In this document: one piece after another, positions 55,311 through 57,897 of the stretch
How positions within the stretch are numbered: the first letter of the stretch is position 1
Layout: each line of letters begins with the position of its first letter
Source of the DNA: a virus
Lineage: Duplodnaviria; Caudoviricetes
Strand: one strand, 5' to 3'
Length of the DNA: 57,897 nucleotides
Virus record (IMG/VR): IMGVR_UViG_3300007004_000001
Coordinates: 1 to 57,897 of that record
The notes under the pieces: model-generated
What the model was told of the DNA's origin: nothing
The model's database searches: none
The model's input: the letters and a program-made list of their open reading frames with translations, nothing else
Position numbers and translations under genes: made by a program

Positions 55311-57445
55311 TGCCGCCCGTCGTCCTCAGCGAGACCGCGACCGAGACCACCGTTCAGACCGAGGACGGTCGGATCCTCACGCTGCCCAAGCAGTTCGCGG
55401 CGCAGTACGGGCTCGGCGCGCCGACGCTCGGCGGATTGCAGCAAGGGCTCGGCAACGCGCTCGCACCGCAACAGCCGAGCATGCCGCAGTCGCCCGAACC
55501 GGAGTGGGTAAGCAACCCGCCAGCCGGTCCACAGCTGCCGGTGAATCCTGGCCCGCCCGACGCGATCACGGGCACCGCTCCGTCGCCGATCGCCCCGCAA
55601 CCAGCGCAGCAGACGGTCCAGGCCGCGCCGCGTCCGCCTGTGATGCGCGGCGCTGGTCCCGCCGCATACGCCTCGCCTCAGACGAACCCGGCGCCCGCGC
55701 AAGCACAGGCCGCGCCGGTCGATCCATTCCGCGCCGCGCAGGGGCTCGCCGGCCAGGGCTTCGCGCTCCAGGAGGACGCGATCGCGCGGCAGTCTGAAGC
55801 GGAGGCACGCGGCGCGGCGGATGTCGCGACCGCGATGGAGCAGCGCAACGCGAAGCTCGCCGAGATCGAGGCAGGGCGCGCGAAGCAGGCCGAACAGGAC
55901 CTCGCCGAGAAGCACCGGATCGAGCGCGAGTACGGCGACGCAGTAAAGGCGTACGGCGAGCACAAGATCGACGAACGCGGCGGACAGCCGAAGCTCAACT
56001 CGGCGAAGGGCGTCGGTCTGCTCGTGTTCCAAGCACTCGCTGGCATCGGCGAAGCGATGGAGGGGCGCAACGGCAATCCCGCGATGGACCTCGTCCAGCA
56101 GATGGTCGCGCGCAACGTTCAGTTGCAGATGGCTGAGCGCGAAAAGCTCGGTCAGCAGGTCGGAATGGTCGGCCAGAAGGCAGACCGCTTCTCGCGACTC
56201 GCCGGTGACCGCGCCGCGGAGTTCAACCTGCGCATGGCGGGCGAACTAGAGAAGGTCGGCCGGCACATCGAAGGCATCCAGGCGCGCACGAACAGCGAGA
56301 CGGTGGCGACGCGCGCGGACCAGCTGCTGGCGCAGAACCGGATTGCGCAGGCCGGTTATCTGGAGCAGGCGGCGAACGGTGAATGGAACCGGACGGTTCA
56401 GCTGCGCCAGCTGCAAGAACAGGCTGCTGCTCGGGCGCAGGCGGCTGCCGCGCAGCGTGAGGACATGGCCTATCGCCGCGAGCAGGACCAGCTGAATCGC
56501 GATGAACGCCAGAGCAACCGCGCCGAAGACCTCGCGCTGCGACGTGACGAGCTCGGACTCGACGTCGCCAAGGTCAACGCCGCAGCTGGACAGAAGGCCA
56601 ACGAGACGTTGCGCAAAGAAGGCCTGTTCTTCAGAGGGCAACAGATCAACAAGAAGGACGGCTCACCGCTGCTTACTGGGAACGAGACGATTACGAAGGA
56701 ACTGCGCACGAAGATCGGCCAGGCCGAACGCATGGCCCAAATCGCCGACGAGCTTGATCGTATCTACACGAAGGAGGGGTGGACCTCAGACGTGTTGAAC
56801 AGCGACGCCAACGCCCAGGCGCGCGCTCTCGAAGGTGAACTTGTTCTGATCGCGAAGGAGCAGGCGAAGCTCGGCGCGCTGTCGGGCGCCGACTTCGACA
56901 TCATGTACAAGAAGATCGGTACTCGCGACGTGACCGGATACAAGGACCCTCGCGCCGGGCTCGCGAAGTTCAGAGAGGGTGTGGTTCGCGGTCTCAACGC
57001 TGAGTTGCGAGCGAATGGGTACGACGGCGATCCCATTGAGATGCCGCGATTCACCACCTCTGCGCTCGCGCCGGCGACGGAGTCGACGGAGGCAAGGCTG
57101 TTTCGCGACATCCAGGCAGGTCCGGTGAAGGCGCCAGCGCTAGGGAACACCAGACGGTATGCCGCGCAGTTGGCAGGAGACCAATCGGGCGCTAGTGCCG
57201 AGGAGCTATCCGCTGCTTTTGCATCCGGAGAAGCCCCTGTCGTAGGCACAGCGAGAGCTGCATTCGATGCTCTCGCGGTGTTGGCATCCAAGCCTGGCGG
57301 CGAGGGTGCGCTCAAGACGCTAGCGACCGTATATCTCAGCGACAAGAGACCTCGCTATCGCGAGATGGCGGCCGGGATCCTTCTCCAGAACAACATCGAT
57401 TTCAACGATGAAAAAGCGCTGAAAGCGCTGGCGGAGGGTCGGTAG
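55310..57445 (+). CDS. Internal virion/ejection protein
   Basis: 711 aa; Pro-rich N-terminus and long coiled coils; podovirus ejection-gene position. Confidence 0.65.
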   Translation: MPPVVLSETATETTVQTEDGRILTLPKQFAAQYGLGAPTLGGLQQGLGNALAPQQPSMPQSPEPEWVSNPPAGPQLPVNPGPPDAITGTAPSPIAPQPAQQTVQAAPRPPVMRGAGPAAYASPQTNPAPAQAQAAPVDPFRAAQGLAGQGFALQEDAIARQSEAEARGAADVATAMEQRNAKLAEIEAGRAKQAEQDLAEKHRIEREYGDAVKAYGEHKIDERGGQPKLNSAKGVGLLVFQALAGIGEAMEGRNGNPAMDLVQQMVARNVQLQMAEREKLGQQVGMVGQKADRFSRLAGDRAAEFNLRMAGELEKVGRHIEGIQARTNSETVATRADQLLAQNRIAQAGYLEQAANGEWNRTVQLRQLQEQAAARAQAAAAQREDMAYRREQDQLNRDERQSNRAEDLALRRDELGLDVAKVNAAAGQKANETLRKEGLFFRGQQINKKDGSPLLTGNETITKELRTKIGQAERMAQIADELDRIYTKEGWTSDVLNSDANAQARALEGELVLIAKEQAKLGALSGADFDIMYKKIGTRDVTGYKDPRAGLAKFREGVVRGLNAELRANGYDGDPIEMPRFTTSALAPATESTEARLFRDIQAGPVKAPALGNTRRYAAQLAGDQSGASAEELSAAFASGEAPVVGTARAAFDALAVLASKPGGEGALKTLATVYLSDKRPRYREMAAGILLQNNIDFNDEKALKALAEGR

Positions 57446-57897
57446 TGCCATCTGCGGCGGACATCCTCGCGCAGTACGACCAGGAGCAGGCCTTCGCGCC
57501 GGCGGAGACGGTCAACGTCCGCACGCCCGAAGGTGACACTCTCGCGATCCCGGCGAGTGCGGTCGACTACGCGCGAGAGCAAGGATTCACCGTCGAGGAC
57601 TCCGCGATGGAGGCCGAGCGCATCGCCCGCGAGGTCCGCGAGGAGCGCTACAGCGGCGCAGGCAACACGATCACCGCTGGCATGCTCGGCCTCGCCCGCG
57701 GTGCCACGCTGGGTCTTAGCGATGTCGTGCTCACCGCCGGCGACGACGCAATGGCCGAGGAGCTACGTGGTCTCAAGGAGGCCAACCCCACGCTATCGAC
57801 CGTCACCGAGGTCGCCGGCGCCGTACTGCCAGCGTTCGCGTCGGGGGGCGCGTCCACGGCATCGCGGATCCTCGGCGCTACGCCGGCCGGCATGGCG
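57445..57897 (+). CDS. N-terminal part of the large ejection protein (continues at position 124)
   Basis: GTG at 57445 overlaps the upstream TAG, with SD GGAGG; open frame to the window end and in frame with 118-3150. Confidence 0.8.
   Translation, partial: MPSAADILAQYDQEQAFAPAETVNVRTPEGDTLAIPASAVDYAREQGFTVEDSAMEAERIAREVREERYSGAGNTITAGMLGLARGATLGLSDVVLTAGDDAMAEELRGLKEANPTLSTVTEVAGAVLPAFASGGASTASRILGATPAGMA
57775..57897 (+). repeat. 123-bp terminal direct repeat, right copy
   Basis: Identical to 1-123. Confidence 0.95.

Larger units (their letters stand above)
1..57897. mobile_element. Complete temperate tailed phage genome (circular assembly, podovirus-like gene order)
   Basis: Terminase, portal, scaffold, capsid, tail, ejection, lysis, integrase/attP, immunity and replication modules are all present. 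No tape-measure or sheath gene is recognisable. The ends overlap. Confidence 0.95.

Noticed and set aside
1-57897. CRISPR array or other regular repeat-spacer guide array for the Csf module
   Set aside because: I read the intergenic gaps (near 10.0-11.0, 13.1-13.3, 25.6, 26.8-27.2, 28.6, 29.7, 38.6-39.2, 46.9 and 48.2 kb) and saw no regularly spaced repeats. A degenerate mini-array could escape reading by eye; CRISPRCasFinder or a self dot-plot would settle it.

Overview
The window appears to be a complete, circularly permuted genome (about 57,774 bp; bases 1-123 repeat 57775-57897) of a very GC-rich temperate tailed phage. The gene order is podovirus-like, and a spanin pair implies a diderm host. 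The layout is lambda-like: tail and lysis genes (3.1-9.3 kb); a leftward accessory arm with duplicated promoter cassettes (9.2-13.1 kb); attP, a tRNA-Cys 3' fragment next to a tyrosine integrase and xis (13.1-14.6 kb); a leftward early operon with Bet and a PD-(D/E)XK nuclease (14.6-26.8 kb); an immunity switch with four palindromic operators (26.8-28 kb); replication and nucleotide/DNA-modification genes (28.8-38.6 kb); and packaging, head, tail and ejection genes (39.3-57.9 kb). The stand-out feature is an array-less, Cas6-less type IV-B-like CRISPR effector module (csf1/cas8 - cas11-like - Zn-finger repeat gene - csf2/cas7 - csf3/cas5 - cysH-like). It sits in the early operon, runs directly into xis-int, and is bounded by an exact 14-bp direct repeat. 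Other points of interest: two covarying structured intergenic RNAs inside duplicated promoter cassettes, a TGT/DpdA-like gene flanked by its own 14-bp repeat, and a ParB-like domain in a probable ejection protein. All calls come from reading motifs by eye; no searches were run.
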